A DNA stretch of 58,990 nt, the filler included. It is 4 parts of 4 records of this genome, joined end to end, with 100 filler letters (N's around TTAATTAATTAA, not from the genome) between each part and the next. Parts side by side here need not be neighbours in the genome. Positions count along the whole stretch, not along the records: positions 24,665 to 38,835 come from SRR22947725_1358; positions 38,936 to 45,068 come from SRR22947725_1360; 2 more parts are not named here. One strand, given 5' to 3'. The translations under genes were made by a program, and so were the position numbers. The notes under the pieces were generated by a model that was not told the DNA's origin, did not search any database, and was given only the letters and a program-made list of their open reading frames with translations. Positions 30,038 through 42,148 of this stretch are shown piece after piece; the stretch's first letter is position 1, and each line of letters starts with the position of its first letter.

Positions 30038-31368
30038 TTTGATTCAATTATAGAGATCAGCTCGCTTGCTTTCTCTTTGGCTGTCTTGCTTTCAGATTCC
30101 TTTAATAGATTAGTTAAAATTGAATGTGCTTGTTCTAACTCACCCATCTCTATATAAGTAGAGGCAAGATCTATCTCTTGCTCATCTTTGTTATTTTTAA
30201 TACTAAGTCCTGATGGTAGTGCTTGGGTTTCAGGACCTGATGTGGGTGCTTCTTCAAAATCGTAAACTATAGTCTTCTTTCTATTCTTGCTTAATTGGAT
30301 AAAGATTAGCGCAAGCAAGACACCGCAAATAACAGATATACCTGCTACAAAAAGAAGGTCTATGAAATTAAATCCTGAATCTTTTTTTACATCTTCAGTG
30401 ACTGAGATTTCAGTTAAATCCTCAATAATTTGGTTATTTGTTTTAATAGTTAAGGTTGATGTATTTTGTGAAATGATATCTTTGGGAGAACTTGAAACTA
30501 GCTCTTTAGAGACTATATCCACCACTCCATCCTGCTCATCTTTAACCAAAGTTATTTCAGTTTCTTTATTAATTTTTGGAGCAGTTAATGTTAATAATGA
30601 TTTGGTAGGTGTTTTAAAATCCAAACTAAATGATTGATTCATTTTTATTACTGCTGCCTTAGAATCTGATGGAGAGTTTCTAGACATAACTTCATAGCTT
30701 GGAATAGTGATATCAATATCATCTCTAACTAAATTTATATTCTCATTAATGAATGCTGATGGGTTTCCTAAATAGATTGACCACATAATTTGATATATAG
30801 ATAAATCATTTGAAGATTTAGCAATATCAGTCGCAAGACTCCACATGGTTTTAATATCACCTGCTGGAATGGTTTTACTGGAAAAAGAATTATCACTTAT
30901 TGGCTTTATGTTATTAATATCAGAACTTATTACAGGCCTCACCTCATCGTCATCAAGCACTTTAGATAAAGGATTTATGGATATAACTTCTGAGTTGCTT
31001 GCAATCTTGTTAAATGAGTTTCTATTGCTAGATGGAAGAAAAATAAAAATATCTTTTGAGAAGCTGTCTTTGATTTTAATTTTAAAGTTAAAATAATCAG
31101 ATACATAGGTATCAGACAAAGCAATTAAGAACTCATAGAAGGAGTCATTATCTTTTAAGATCGTGTATTCAATTTTACTATTATCAATTAACTCTTCTGA
31201 TCTATATTCAAGAAGTTGGATGTCCTCATCATCAAGATTAGTATCTTTTACTTTTAATTCAATAACTCTTAAACCGGCATCATTTAAGCTTATTTTAGGT
31301 GATGATAATAAGCTATCAGCACTTATTGAAGTGGTAATAAAGAATAAAGAGGTTAATAAATATTTCAT
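30034..31368 (-). CDS. fimV: FimV/HubP-like polar landmark protein (short form)
   Basis: Signal peptide, LysM-like TMWSLA...IY..NPSAF..NIN, one TM helix and C-terminal IDLASTYIEMGE; canonical asd-fimV-truA position. Confidence 0.78.
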   Translation of the reverse strand: MKYLLTSLFFITTSISADSLLSSPKISLNDAGLRVIELKVKDTNLDDEDIQLLEYRSEELIDNSKIEYTILKDNDSFYEFLIALSDTYVSDYFNFKIKIKDSFSKDIFIFLPSSNRNSFNKIASNSEVISINPLSKVLDDDEVRPVISSDINNIKPISDNSFSSKTIPAGDIKTMWSLATDIAKSSNDLSIYQIMWSIYLGNPSAFINENINLVRDDIDITIPSYEVMSRNSPSDSKAAVIKMNQSFSLDFKTPTKSLLTLTAPKINKETEITLVKDEQDGVVDIVSKELVSSSPKDIISQNTSTLTIKTNNQIIEDLTEISVTEDVKKDSGFNFIDLLFVAGISVICGVLLALIFIQLSKNRKKTIVYDFEEAPTSGPETQALPSGLSIKNNKDEQEIDLASTYIEMGELEQAHSILTNLLKESESKTAKEKASELISIIESK

Positions 31369-32381
31369 TTAATTTTATTATTAGCCATTAGATTTTCTGC
31401 TATCTGAACTGCATTGAGTGCAGCGCCTTTTCCATAAACATTATCTGCAACAATCCATAGTGAAATCCAGGTTTCACCTTGTATAGTTTGACTTCTAATT
31501 CTTCCAACATATACATCCTCTGAATCATTTGCTTGATCTAGAGGCGTTGGATAGACAAGATTGCTTGGATCATCCATTACACAAACACCGCTAACTCCAG
31601 TTAGTGAGTCTATAATGTCCTGTCTGGATGCAGGATGTTCTAATTTAAGAAAAACTGCTTCAGAATGTCCATTTAAAACAGGAACACGAACACAGGTAGC
31701 TTGGACATCAATCTTCTCATCTAATATTTTCTTTGTTTCCCAAACAAGCTTCATCTCTTCTTTAGTAAAATTATTTTCTAGAAATACATCGCATTGAGGC
31801 AATGCATTGAACCCAATTTTTCTTGGATAAACTTTTGGTTCAGCATTGGGATTAACTGTTTGCTCTTTTAATTCCTCAACAGCTTCCTTTCCAGTTCCAG
31901 ATACTGCTTGATATGTTGCTATATTAAGAAAATGAATATTAAAATTTTTATGAATAGGCTTTAAAGCCATTAATAGTTGGGAGGTAGAGCAGTTAGGATT
32001 GGCAATTAAAGTTGCCTCTTCTAGATTATTTAAGATTTCTCCATTAATCTCAGGTATTACAAGAGGAATATCATCATGATATCTAAACTCAGAAGATAGA
32101 TCTATTACATAACATCCTTTCTCTACATATGATTCCGCATGTTTTTTTGCTACAGATGATCCAGCAGCAAATATAACTAAGTTTGCATCAGATGCATCAA
32201 AGGAATCTACATCTTCAATCGTATAATCTTGATCAAGTAAAGATACAACCTCGCCAACTGAAGACTTTCCTAATGGAAAAAATTTATTAATTTGAAAATT
32301 TTTTTTCTCTAGCAGTTGAATTATTTTTTGCCCAACTACGCCAGATGCTCCAACAAGAGCAAGGTCTAATACTTTATCCAT
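31365..32381 (-). CDS. asd: Aspartate-semialdehyde dehydrogenase
   Basis: Motifs VGASGVVG, IANPNCST, YQAVSGTG and CVRVPVLNGHSE. Confidence 0.97.
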   Translation of the reverse strand: MDKVLDLALVGASGVVGQKIIQLLEKKNFQINKFFPLGKSSVGEVVSLLDQDYTIEDVDSFDASDANLVIFAAGSSVAKKHAESYVEKGCYVIDLSSEFRYHDDIPLVIPEINGEILNNLEEATLIANPNCSTSQLLMALKPIHKNFNIHFLNIATYQAVSGTGKEAVEELKEQTVNPNAEPKVYPRKIGFNALPQCDVFLENNFTKEEMKLVWETKKILDEKIDVQATCVRVPVLNGHSEAVFLKLEHPASRQDIIDSLTGVSGVCVMDDPSNLVYPTPLDQANDSEDVYVGRIRSQTIQGETWISLWIVADNVYGKGAALNAVQIAENLMANNKIK

Positions 32382-33450
32382 TTTTCATTATCTCAATTAA
32401 TTTTGAAGCAACATCTGATGTATGTATAAATTCACCTGATGTGGTTATATCTTTTGTTCTATTTCCATTTTCAACAAATACTTTTATAGCGTTTTCTATA
32501 TTATCAGCTAGGCCAGGTTCATTTAAGGAATATCTTAAAGCCATTGCAAGAGATGCAATCATGGCAATTGGATTAGCAATATTTTGTCCAGCTATATCAG
32601 GGGCGCTTCCATGGCATGGTTCATACATTCCTTGAGATGAACTATTAAGAGATGCTGATGGCAGCATTCCAATTGACCCTGATAACGTCGCAGCAATGTC
32701 TGAAAGAATGTCCCCAAAAAGATTGCTTGATACAATTACATCATATTGATTGGGGTTTAATACTAGCTGCATGGCTGTGTTGTCTGCCAATTGATGGGTT
32801 AGCTCTACATCAGGATAATCCTTAGACATATCTGTAACTATTTCTCTCCAAAACTTAGAAACTTCCAATACATTTGCTTTTTCAACTGAGCATAGTTTTC
32901 CATTTCTCTTTCTTGCAGATTCAAATCCAATTTTCGCGATACGTCTTATCTCATCTTCGTTATAAATCATTGTATTGAAGGCATAGTTCGGAGTTTCATC
33001 TTTAACAATTGCTCTTGGTTCGCCAAAATACACTCCCCCAGTCAGCTCTCTAACAATGAGTATGTCTAACCCTTCTATAATATTATTTTTAATTGGGGAT
33101 GCCGAAGCTAGTTCATTAAATAAAAAAGCTGGTCTTAGATTTGCAAAAAGCCCAAGCTCTTTTCTCAGGGTTAGTAAAGCTTGCTCTGGTCTATCATCCC
33201 AGCCAAGGTCATCCCATTTTGGTCCACCTACAGCACCAAACAAAATAGCATCTGAGTCTTTAGCAGAGCTTAATACATTAGATGGGATAGGAGAGCCATG
33301 TAAATCATAAGCTGTTCCACCAACATCCATAGTATTAACCTCAAAATCAAGAGAATGTTCTGAAATAAGATAATTTAAAATTTCATTTGAAGATTTTGTT
33401 ACTTCTTGACCAATTCCATCGCCTGGGAGAATAAGTACTTTTTTACTCAT
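32374..33450 (-). CDS. leuB: 3-isopropylmalate dehydrogenase
   Basis: Motifs LPGDGIG, RELTGG, NLFGDILSD and EPCHGSAPDIAG. Confidence 0.97.
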   Translation of the reverse strand: MSKKVLILPGDGIGQEVTKSSNEILNYLISEHSLDFEVNTMDVGGTAYDLHGSPIPSNVLSSAKDSDAILFGAVGGPKWDDLGWDDRPEQALLTLRKELGLFANLRPAFLFNELASASPIKNNIIEGLDILIVRELTGGVYFGEPRAIVKDETPNYAFNTMIYNEDEIRRIAKIGFESARKRNGKLCSVEKANVLEVSKFWREIVTDMSKDYPDVELTHQLADNTAMQLVLNPNQYDVIVSSNLFGDILSDIAATLSGSIGMLPSASLNSSSQGMYEPCHGSAPDIAGQNIANPIAMIASLAMALRYSLNEPGLADNIENAIKVFVENGNRTKDITTSGEFIHTSDVASKLIEIMKNG

Positions 33451-34087
33451 TTTTGTATATCCATGGTTTTTCTATCATTCTTTTATTTTCAAAAATCTTT
33501 ATAGCTTCTTTATTCTTTAATGTAATATCAACATCATCTAAACCAAAAATTATTCTTTCAAGAAGATTGTTATCTACTTTAAAACTTATCTCTTTATCAT
33601 TTAATTTAATAAGCTTCTCATCTAATAGAATCTTAATATTTGACGAAGTATTCTCAAATATTTGGAATAGATCCTCTATGTTATCTTTTGATAAAACTAT
33701 TGGTAAAACTCCATTCTTAAAACAGTTATTATAAAAAATATCTCCAAATGAAGATGCAATTACTGCTCTTATACCAAAATCTCGCAGTGCCCAAACTGCA
33801 TGTTCCCTTGATGAACCACAGCCAAAGTTGTCTCTGGTTAATAAAACGGAGGAATTATCATATGGAGACCTGTTAAGAATAAACTCCTCATTCTTTTGCC
33901 TTTCGTTTGAGGCAATGCCAAGCTTACCTTTGTCTAGATATCTCCATCCGTCAAATAGATAATCTTCATAACCAAATTTTTTAATAGATTTAAGATATTC
34001 AGTAGGAATAATTTGATCGGTATCTATATTATCTCTATCAATAGTTGCAACAATGCCATCTATTAATTTTAGATTTTTTTGATTCAT
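33443..34087 (-). CDS. leuD: 3-isopropylmalate dehydratase small subunit
   Basis: Motifs NIDTDQIIP and [11 protein letters not shown]. Confidence 0.96.
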   Translation of the reverse strand: MNQKNLKLIDGIVATIDRDNIDTDQIIPTEYLKSIKKFGYEDYLFDGWRYLDKGKLGIASNERQKNEEFILNRSPYDNSSVLLTRDNFGCGSSREHAVWALRDFGIRAVIASSFGDIFYNNCFKNGVLPIVLSKDNIEDLFQIFENTSSNIKILLDEKLIKLNDKEISFKVDNNLLERIIFGLDDVDITLKNKEAIKIFENKRMIEKPWIYKNE

Positions 34088-35481
34088 GACAAATCACCAA
34101 CTTTACCATTTATAGCAATAAAAGCTGCCATAGCTGGGCTCATTAAATGCGTTCGCCCCATATTTCCCTGTCTTCCTTCAAAGTTTCTATTTGAAGTAGA
34201 AGCGCATCTTTCATAGGGCTTAAGTTGGTCTGGATTCATTCCTAGACACATCGAGCATCCAGGGTCTCTCCAAACAAAACCAGCTTCAATAAAAACTTGG
34301 TCTAGGCCCTCAGACTCAGCCTCAGATTTAACCGCTCCTGAACCAGGAACAACAATTGCTTCAATAATATTATTGCTTACCTTTTTTCCAGCAACAACAT
34401 TTGCTGCTTCTCTTAAATCTTCAATTCTTGAATTAGTACATGAACCAATAAAGACCTTGTCAAATTTTAGATCTGAGAGTTTTTGATTGTCTTCAACACC
34501 CATATACTCTTTAGCAAGTTCAATATTTCTTCTGTTTTTAGATGATAGATTTGATAAAGGTATTGTTTCATCAAAATCTATTACCATTTCTGGGGAAGTT
34601 CCCCATGTTATTTGTGGTTTGATTTCCGATACATCAATTTTAACTTTTTTACTAAAGACTGCATCATCATCTGATTTAAGTGTTCTCCAGTAATTAATGG
34701 CATTAACCAACATGCCGTCCTCTAAAAAAGAATGTTTCTTAACATAATTAAATGTGGTCTCATCAGGTGCAACTAATCCAACTTTTGCACCAGCCTCAAT
34801 AGCCATATTGCAAATAGTCATTCTTGCTTCCATGGAAATTGAATCAATATAGGATCCAGTAAATTCAATTGCATGACCATTACCACCAGCAGTTCCTATT
34901 TTTTTAATCATATATAAGACAATATCTTTAGAAGAGACTCCAGCCTTTGGTTTTCCTTCAAAGATAACCTGCATATTTTTTAATTTTGATATTTTTAAAG
35001 TTTGTGTTGCTAAAACATGCTCGACTTCAGATGTCCCAATACCCATCGCTAGACAGCCAAAGGCGCCATGTGTAGAAGTATGTGAATCTCCACAAACAAT
35101 GGTCATCCCTGGAATTGTATATCCCAGTTCAGGGCCAATTACATGAACAATACCTTGATTTGATGAGCTTATATCAAATTGCTTGATACCAAATTTATTA
35201 CAATTTTTGTCTAGTTCTACCACTTGAATCTTTGATATCTCATCAAGGATTTTATCTGTACTGAATAAAGTACCTCTAGTTGTGGGAACATTATGGTCAG
35301 GTGTTGCTATATTTGCACCCAACCTCCATGGTGATAGTTTCTTTTGGTCTAAACCCTCAAAAGCTTGAGGAGATGTTACTTCATGCAAAAAATGCCTATC
35401 AATATATATAAGAGACTCTCCTGAGTCTAGTTTACATATGTGATGTTCGTCCCATAATTTGTCATATAAAGTCTTAGGCAT
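34084..35481 (-). CDS. leuC: 3-isopropylmalate dehydratase large subunit
   Basis: Motifs [25 protein letters not shown] and [12 protein letters not shown] 35481 (MPKTLYDK) chosen as start. Confidence 0.97.
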   Translation of the reverse strand: MPKTLYDKLWDEHHICKLDSGESLIYIDRHFLHEVTSPQAFEGLDQKKLSPWRLGANIATPDHNVPTTRGTLFSTDKILDEISKIQVVELDKNCNKFGIKQFDISSSNQGIVHVIGPELGYTIPGMTIVCGDSHTSTHGAFGCLAMGIGTSEVEHVLATQTLKISKLKNMQVIFEGKPKAGVSSKDIVLYMIKKIGTAGGNGHAIEFTGSYIDSISMEARMTICNMAIEAGAKVGLVAPDETTFNYVKKHSFLEDGMLVNAINYWRTLKSDDDAVFSKKVKIDVSEIKPQITWGTSPEMVIDFDETIPLSNLSSKNRRNIELAKEYMGVEDNQKLSDLKFDKVFIGSCTNSRIEDLREAANVVAGKKVSNNIIEAIVVPGSGAVKSEAESEGLDQVFIEAGFVWRDPGCSMCLGMNPDQLKPYERCASTSNRNFEGRQGNMGRTHLMSPAMAAFIAINGKVGDLS

Positions 35482-35482
35482 A

Positions 35483-36568
35483 TCATTCAACAAATGGTAA
35501 ATCTTGACTTATTTGACCGCACTGAGCTCTATTTCTAAGCAAGTGATCCACAATAACAAGATTAACCATTGCCTCAGCAATTGGAACAGCTCTTATTCCT
35601 ACACAAGGATCATGCCTTCCGGTAACATTGATATCAACTTCATTGCCTTTCGCATCAAGTGTCTTGCCTGATGCCTTGATGCTGGAAGTTGGTTTTATAA
35701 GAAAGTCTAGATTAATTACATCTCCGTTTGATATTCCACCCAAAATACCCCCGGCATTATTTGTAGAAAAGCCGGTCTTACGAATCTCATCTCTGATTTC
35801 TGAACCTTTAAGAGCAAGAATATCTCCTGCATTTCCAATAGAAACAGATTTCACAGCATTAATGCTCATAATGGCTTTAGCTAAATCTGCATCAAGCTTG
35901 TCAAAAACTGGCTCTCCTAATCCAATTGGACAATTTTCAACACTTACTCCTAACTTTGCACCAACAGAATTACCTTCAGAAATTAATGCTGAAAACATTT
36001 CATTTAATTCATCAAGTCTTGATTCATCTGCAAAGAAATACTTGTTTGTTTTAGGAGAATTCAAGTTGATCTGGTTAGCTTTGATGTTGCCTATCTGACT
36101 TACGTAACCCCTTGTAACAACTCCGATGCTTTCTAAGTATTTTTTTGCAACAGCTCCAGCCGCAACCCTCATAGCAGTCTCTCTAGCGCTAGATCTTCCT
36201 CCGCCCCTGTAATCTCTATGTCCATACTTTGCATGATATGTAATATCGGCATGATTGGGTCTAAAAGTATCTTTGATATTAGAGTAATCTTGCGACCTCT
36301 GGTCTTTGTTGTAGATGATAAGGCCTATAGGCGTTCCTAATGTTTTCCCCTCAAACACTCCTGAAAGAATTTGAACAGTATCATCTTCTTTTCTTTGAGT
36401 TGTTACGTCTGATTGTCCAGGCTTTCTTCGATCAAGCTCTTCTTGAATATCAGCTTCACTTAGCTCTATTTGTGGAGGGCACCCATCAATAATGCACCCA
36501 AGTGCAGCTCCGTGGCTTTCACCAAAAGTGGTAACTTTAAAAATTTTTCCGAAAGAGTTTCCTGACAT
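35483..36568 (-). CDS. aroC: Chorismate synthase
   Basis: Motifs [18 protein letters not shown] and GRHDPCV. Confidence 0.97.
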   Translation of the reverse strand: MSGNSFGKIFKVTTFGESHGAALGCIIDGCPPQIELSEADIQEELDRRKPGQSDVTTQRKEDDTVQILSGVFEGKTLGTPIGLIIYNKDQRSQDYSNIKDTFRPNHADITYHAKYGHRDYRGGGRSSARETAMRVAAGAVAKKYLESIGVVTRGYVSQIGNIKANQINLNSPKTNKYFFADESRLDELNEMFSALISEGNSVGAKLGVSVENCPIGLGEPVFDKLDADLAKAIMSINAVKSVSIGNAGDILALKGSEIRDEIRKTGFSTNNAGGILGGISNGDVINLDFLIKPTSSIKASGKTLDAKGNEVDINVTGRHDPCVGIRAVPIAEAMVNLVIVDHLLRNRAQCGQISQDLPFVE

Positions 36569-36638
36569 GACAAAATTATAGTCTAAAAATGCGATTCTTA
36601 TATATTGTAAGGGGTTTTAAGATTTATTAGAACTTATT

Positions 36639-38087
36639 TTAAGATAATGAAAGCATTTGCTGAAAGTCAATGACGCTCATCTGTTCTAGATCATCTTTAT
36701 TTACACATAAATTAAAAATTTCATCAGCTTTCTCTTTTGTAAAGGTTAATTCAAGGTTTCTTCTGAATTTTTCTTCAAGCACTGGTATGCCTTCCACTCT
36801 TCTTCTTTTATGTCCAATAGGATATTCAACTTCAATAGCTTCAGTTGATGAACCATCATTAAAATGAATTTGTATCTTATTAGCAATAGATCTTTTATCA
36901 GCTTCGTGATATTCAGCTGAATATCTTTTATCTTCACTAATTTTCATTTTTGATCTTAATGTATCAATTCTAGGATCAGCTGCGACATCATCCTCGTAAT
37001 CTTCTGCAACTAGATTACCTTTTAGAAGCCCTATAGCTACCATGTATTGAAGGCAATGATCTCTATCAGCAGGATTATTAAGATCGCCAACTTTAGAAAT
37101 AATTCTAATAGCAGACTCATGGGTTGTGATATTTATCGTCTCAATATCGTCAAGTCTATTTATGATATCCAAATGTAATTTTACCGCTGCCTCAACAGCA
37201 GTTTGGGCATGAAACTCAGCTGGGAAACTAATTTTGAATAGAATATTTTCCATTACATAACTATTTAATTCCTGGTGCAGTGTGAGTTGTTTTTTGTTAA
37301 AAGATATATCTTCAAAACCCCAAGTTGGAGCAGATAGTACTCCTGGATAACCCATTTCACCTTGCATGACAATCATAGCTAATCTTACCGCTCTGCTAGT
37401 TGCATCTCCTGCGGCCCAACTTTTTCTAGACCCAGCATTTGGAGCATGCCTATATGTTCTAAGACTTTGTCCATCAACCCATGCATGAGAAATAGCATCT
37501 TTAATTTGATTTAGGTCACCACCTAATAATTTGGTAGCGATAGCTGTCGAAGCTACCTTTACTAGCACCACATGATCTAGACCTACTCTGTTAAAACTGT
37601 TCTTGAGTGCGAGGACTCCTTGAATTTCATGGGCCATTATCATGCAATGTAAAACATCCTTGACGAGAAGAGAGTTCTTGCCTTCTTCAACTCTTTTTTG
37701 GGAAACATAGTCTGATACAGCTAAAATAGCACCTAGATTATCAGAAGGATGTCCCCATTCTGCAGCCAACCAGGTATCGTTATAATCCAGCCATCTTATT
37801 GAGCATCCAATATCAAATGCTCCTTTGACTGGGTCCAAATTAAAGTTTGTACCTGGAACTCTTACCCCGTAAGGAACTGATGTGCCTTCCACAATAGGAC
37901 CAAGCATTTTTGTACAAGCAGGAAATTGAAGAGCAAGAAGGCCGCAACCAATAGTATCAATTAAGCAGTTTTTTGCAGTTTCTAGAGCTAGATCAGATTC
38001 AACTTTGTAGGAATAAACATACTGAGCTATATCTGTAATAATTTTGTCATAATCTGGCCTTACATTAAGGTCTACATTTGATGACAT
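36639..38087 (-). CDS. prpD: 2-methylcitrate dehydratase
   Basis: Motifs RWLDYNDTWLAAEWGHPSDN, RKSWAAGDA and FPAEFHAQTA. Confidence 0.96.
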   Translation of the reverse strand: MSSNVDLNVRPDYDKIITDIAQYVYSYKVESDLALETAKNCLIDTIGCGLLALQFPACTKMLGPIVEGTSVPYGVRVPGTNFNLDPVKGAFDIGCSIRWLDYNDTWLAAEWGHPSDNLGAILAVSDYVSQKRVEEGKNSLLVKDVLHCMIMAHEIQGVLALKNSFNRVGLDHVVLVKVASTAIATKLLGGDLNQIKDAISHAWVDGQSLRTYRHAPNAGSRKSWAAGDATSRAVRLAMIVMQGEMGYPGVLSAPTWGFEDISFNKKQLTLHQELNSYVMENILFKISFPAEFHAQTAVEAAVKLHLDIINRLDDIETINITTHESAIRIISKVGDLNNPADRDHCLQYMVAIGLLKGNLVAEDYEDDVAADPRIDTLRSKMKISEDKRYSAEYHEADKRSIANKIQIHFNDGSSTEAIEVEYPIGHKRRRVEGIPVLEEKFRRNLELTFTKEKADEIFNLCVNKDDLEQMSVIDFQQMLSLS

Positions 38088-38091
38088 GATT

Positions 38092-38835
38092 TTATGATCT
38101 ATCTTCTATATCAACCCATTCAGAATGCTCAACTCCAATATAATCTGCACTTGGTCTTATAATTCTATTATTAGCTCTTTGTTCCATGCAATGAGCCGTC
38201 CAACCAGAAACTCGAGACATCACAAATATAGGAGTGAATAGTTTGGTAGGTATGCCCATATAAAAATATGCTGGTGCGTGAAAAAAATCAGCATTGGCAA
38301 ACATTTTTTTCTCATCAGCCATAACTTTCTCTACCTCTTCTGCAACTTGGTATAGAGAATCATCAGCTGCTAATTTTGAAAGCTTTTCTGCGTACTCTTT
38401 AATTACTGCATTTCTTGGATCTCTAATTGAATAAACAGCATGTCCAAAACCCATAATCTTTTCTTTATTAGCAAGCATTGATAATATTTTTTCTTTTGCC
38501 TCATCTCTTGAAGTCCAATTTTCAATTAACTCCATAGCTTTTTCGTTGGCTCCTCCATGCAGTGGCCCTCTAAGAGAACCAATCGCCGCTACAACACATG
38601 AGTGAATATCAGACATTGTTGATGCACAAACTCTTGATGTAAAAGTCGAGGCATTAAACTCATGCTCAGCATAGAGAACTAGAGAAACATCCATAACTTT
38701 TCTGTGCAAATCAGATGGAGTTTTTCCATGCAAGATATGAAGGAAATGACCAGCCATACTATCCTCATTATTAACCAAATCTATATCAAGACCTTCATGA
38801 GAATATTTATACCAATAAGTAACAATTGAAGGCAT
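38092..38835 (-). CDS. prpC: 2-methylcitrate synthase (5'-truncated at contig end)
   Basis: Motifs YAEHEFNASTF, GPLHGGANE and MGFGHAVY; adjacent to prpD. Confidence 0.92.
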   Translation of the reverse strand: MPSIVTYWYKYSHEGLDIDLVNNEDSMAGHFLHILHGKTPSDLHRKVMDVSLVLYAEHEFNASTFTSRVCASTMSDIHSCVVAAIGSLRGPLHGGANEKAMELIENWTSRDEAKEKILSMLANKEKIMGFGHAVYSIRDPRNAVIKEYAEKLSKLAADDSLYQVAEEVEKVMADEKKMFANADFFHAPAYFYMGIPTKLFTPIFVMSRVSGWTAHCMEQRANNRIIRPSADYIGVEHSEWVDIEDRS

Positions 38836-38935
38836 NNNNNNNNNNNNNNNNNNNNNNNNNNNNNNNNNNNNNNNNNNNNTTAATTAATTAANNNNNNNNN
38901 NNNNNNNNNNNNNNNNNNNNNNNNNNNNNNNNNNN
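38836..38935. other. Artificial contig linker
   Basis: N44-TTAATTAATTAA-N44. Confidence 0.99.
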
Positions 38936-40210
38936 AGGTCTATCTGAAAACTTGAGTTTAACATCTTCAAATCCAAATGATTTATAAATATCTAATATTA
39001 AATTAGTTACTTTCAAAGATTCCTCGGTGATTTGTTCTTCAGTACAAAAAATATGTGCATCATCTTGAGTAAAAGCTCTTACTCTCATTAGTCCATGGAG
39101 CGCTCCAGAAGGTTCATATCTATGAACTTTTCCAAATTCAGAAATTTTAAGTGGCAAATCTTTATAACTTTTTAACCCTTGGTTAAATACCTGGATATGT
39201 CCAGGGCAATTCATGGGTTTAATTGCAAAAGTTTTCTCATCAGCATCTGTAGTGTACATATACTCCTGAAATTTTTCCCAATGTCCTGATTTTTCCCACA
39301 AAGTTTTATCCAACATTTCAGGGGTATTAACCTCCAGATAGCCAGCCTTTGTTTGCTTGTCCCTCATGAAATTCACTAAAGATTGAAATAAACTCCAACC
39401 TTTTTGATGCCAAAACACTGCACCCGGACTTTCCTCTTGAAAGTGAAATAAATCTAATGATTTTCCTAATTTCCTATGATCTCTTTTTTCAGCCTCTTCA
39501 ATTCTTTTTAAATAATCATCTAAATCTTTTTTTGTCTTCCAGCACGTACCATAAATTCTTTGTAACATCTGATTGTTTGAGTCACCTCTCCAATATGCGC
39601 CAGCAACTTTCATAAGTTTAAAAGCTTTTCCGATTTTACCTAGGCTAGGTAAATGTGGTCCTCTGCAGAGATCATGCCAATTATTACCATGATAGTAAAT
39701 TGAAAGTTCCTCCCCCGCTGGAATACTTTCGATGATTTCAGCTTTATAATGCTCTCCAATATTTTTAAAATGTTCAATCGCTTTATCTCTCTTCCAAACT
39801 TCTCTCCTTGTTTTAGGATCTAGATCAATTATTTCTTTCATTTTATTTTCAATTTTTTCTAAATCGTGCTCGGTAAATGGCTCTTCTCTAGCAAAATCAT
39901 AATAAAAACCATTTTCTATAACAGGTCCAATTGTTACTTGCGTTCCTGGAAATAATTCTTGAACTGCCATAGCCATACAATGAGCAGAATCGTGTCGAAT
40001 TAATTCAAGTGCATAATTGTCATCCATTGTTACGATTTTAACAATGGAGTCTTTTGTAATTTGAATATCTAAATCTTTATGCTCGCCATTGATTTCAATG
40101 GCTAGTGCTTTTTTTAATAATGATGGCGCAATATCTTTTGCAATTTGAGTGCCCGTAACTGGCGCTTCGTACTTTTTAATATTTCCATCAGGAAGAGTAA
40201 TTGAAACCAT
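38936..40210 (-). CDS. thrS: Threonine--tRNA ligase (3'-truncated at contig end)
   Basis: TGS domain, [22 protein letters not shown] and [11 protein letters not shown]. Confidence 0.97.
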
Positions 40211-40223
40211 ATCTTCTAAACTA

Positions 40224-41360
40224 TTAAACTAATGATTTATAGATTTCTAGTGTTCTTGATATCATTAATTCCCTTGTATAGTTCTCTTTAACATTTTTTC
40301 TGCCTTGGCGGCCAATTAAATCTAGAACATTTTGGTCTGTTTGAATAACCATCCTAATTTTTTCAGCTAAATCATTAGCATCATTATTTTTAAATAACCA
40401 TCCAGTCTTATTATTTATAACTGTTTCAAGCGAACCACCGATATCGCTTGCTAATATTGGTTTCTCCATGGATTGGGCTTCTACACTCACTCTTCCAAAA
40501 GCTTCTGGTTCTATTGAAGTTGATAAAATCAAATTTGAAATTGAATAAGCGACTGGCATTTTTTTTAACCCATGAGCTATAATAAGATGATTTTCTAATT
40601 GATATTTTTTCATTAATCCAATTAATTCTTCTTTAAAGTTTAATCTGCCCTGATGCCCACCTACAATAAGTGCCTGAACATTTGTAAGCAAATTTTTTTG
40701 GTTAAGAATATTCAAAGCTTCAATAAATAATTTTTGCCCTTTCCAATAAGTTAACCTTCCTGGCAATAAAATTATAAATTTTCCATCCTTAATCATTAAT
40801 TTATTTTTTAATTTTTTAACTTCATCATCACTTATATTTTTTTTTGAAAAAAATTTTTCATCTATACCCCTTTTGACAACCGAAGAATTAGTTTTAATAT
40901 TATAATTTGAATGAATATGATTTAGAATAAAATTAGAACCTGCAATGACATAATTTGATTTAACCATAATTGAGTTATAAAATTTTTTTATCTTTGATTT
41001 AAAATTATATGTTCCGTGAAATGTTGTTACAAATTTTATCATTGCCAGTTTAGAAGCAAAATATGCTGACCATGCTGGAGCTCTACTTCTTGCGTGTACT
41101 ATATTAATCTTATAAATTTTAATAATCAGAAAAATATAAAAAATATTAAATAAAATTAAAAAAATATTTTTATTTACCGGCCATTTAAATATTTTAATTT
41201 TTTCATCATCTATTAGTTCTAATAATTTACCTCTACTTGTCAGTATTGCAGAGAAACCATTTTGTTTAGATATATAATCTGCAACATGCAGGCATCCTGT
41301 CTCTGCTCCACCAATATCCATATTTGGAATAATTTGAAGTAATCTAATATTTGCGCTCAT
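40224..41360 (-). CDS. Glycosyltransferase family 4
   Basis: Motifs [26 protein letters not shown] and [11 protein letters not shown] (EX7E). Confidence 0.9.
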   Translation of the reverse strand: MSANIRLLQIIPNMDIGGAETGCLHVADYISKQNGFSAILTSRGKLLELIDDEKIKIFKWPVNKNIFLILFNIFYIFLIIKIYKINIVHARSRAPAWSAYFASKLAMIKFVTTFHGTYNFKSKIKKFYNSIMVKSNYVIAGSNFILNHIHSNYNIKTNSSVVKRGIDEKFFSKKNISDDEVKKLKNKLMIKDGKFIILLPGRLTYWKGQKLFIEALNILNQKNLLTNVQALIVGGHQGRLNFKEELIGLMKKYQLENHLIIAHGLKKMPVAYSISNLILSTSIEPEAFGRVSVEAQSMEKPILASDIGGSLETVINNKTGWLFKNNDANDLAEKIRMVIQTDQNVLDLIGRQGRKNVKENYTRELMISRTLEIYKSLV

Positions 41361-41392
41361 TCGAAAGATTTTATAACTATATATTTATTCAA

Positions 41393-42145
41393 ATGAAAAA
41401 CAAAAAAAATTATTTTTTATCTTTAGGTAAAACAACTTTACATTACACTGAATTGAGGACTAAAAGCAAAATTGCTGTTTTTTTTCTTCACGGTCTAATG
41501 TCTGATATAACAGGTAAAAAAGTTAAATATTTAAAAAATATATGCAAAAAAAATAATATTAATTTTTTATCTTTTGATTACTCTGGTCATGGAAAATCTT
41601 CGGGTATTTTTGAAGAAAGGGGTATTGATAATTGGGTATCTGAAGCTATCGAAATATGTAAAGAAAAATTAAGAAATAAAAAAATTATACTTATAGGTTC
41701 ATCTTGTGGCGGTTGGATTGCTGCTACGTTAGTAACAAAATTAAAAAATATTATTGGTTTTATTGGAATTGCCTCAGCACCCGATTTTACAAAATTATTA
41801 ATGTGGGATACGTTTTCAAAAAAATCTAAAAAAAATATTAATTCTGGAAAAATTCATAAACTTAAAAATGAATATGGTAGTTATTACCCAATTGGCCAAC
41901 CTTTAATTGAAGGGGGTAAAAAACATCTAATTTTACATAAAAAAATTAAATGTAATTTTCCACTCAGATTTTTTCATGGGTTACAAGATAATGTTGTGCC
42001 ATTTCAATATTCTTATATGTTGGCAAATACATTAATTTCAAAAGATAGTAAGATTTTAATTCAAGAAAAGGGTGACCATAGTCTTTCAAAAACTTTGGAC
42101 CTTAAAAGAATTAGTAAAGAATTACTTTATTTAATTAAACTATAA
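41393..42145 (+). CDS. Alpha/beta fold hydrolase
   Basis: FLHG, FDYSGHGKS, nucleophile GSSCGG, GLQDNVVP and GDH. ATG 41393 avoids overlap with the divergent GT4 gene. Confidence 0.88.
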   Translation: MKNKKNYFLSLGKTTLHYTELRTKSKIAVFFLHGLMSDITGKKVKYLKNICKKNNINFLSFDYSGHGKSSGIFEERGIDNWVSEAIEICKEKLRNKKIILIGSSCGGWIAATLVTKLKNIIGFIGIASAPDFTKLLMWDTFSKKSKKNINSGKIHKLKNEYGSYYPIGQPLIEGGKKHLILHKKIKCNFPLRFFHGLQDNVVPFQYSYMLANTLISKDSKILIQEKGDHSLSKTLDLKRISKELLYLIKL

Positions 42146-42148
42146 AAG

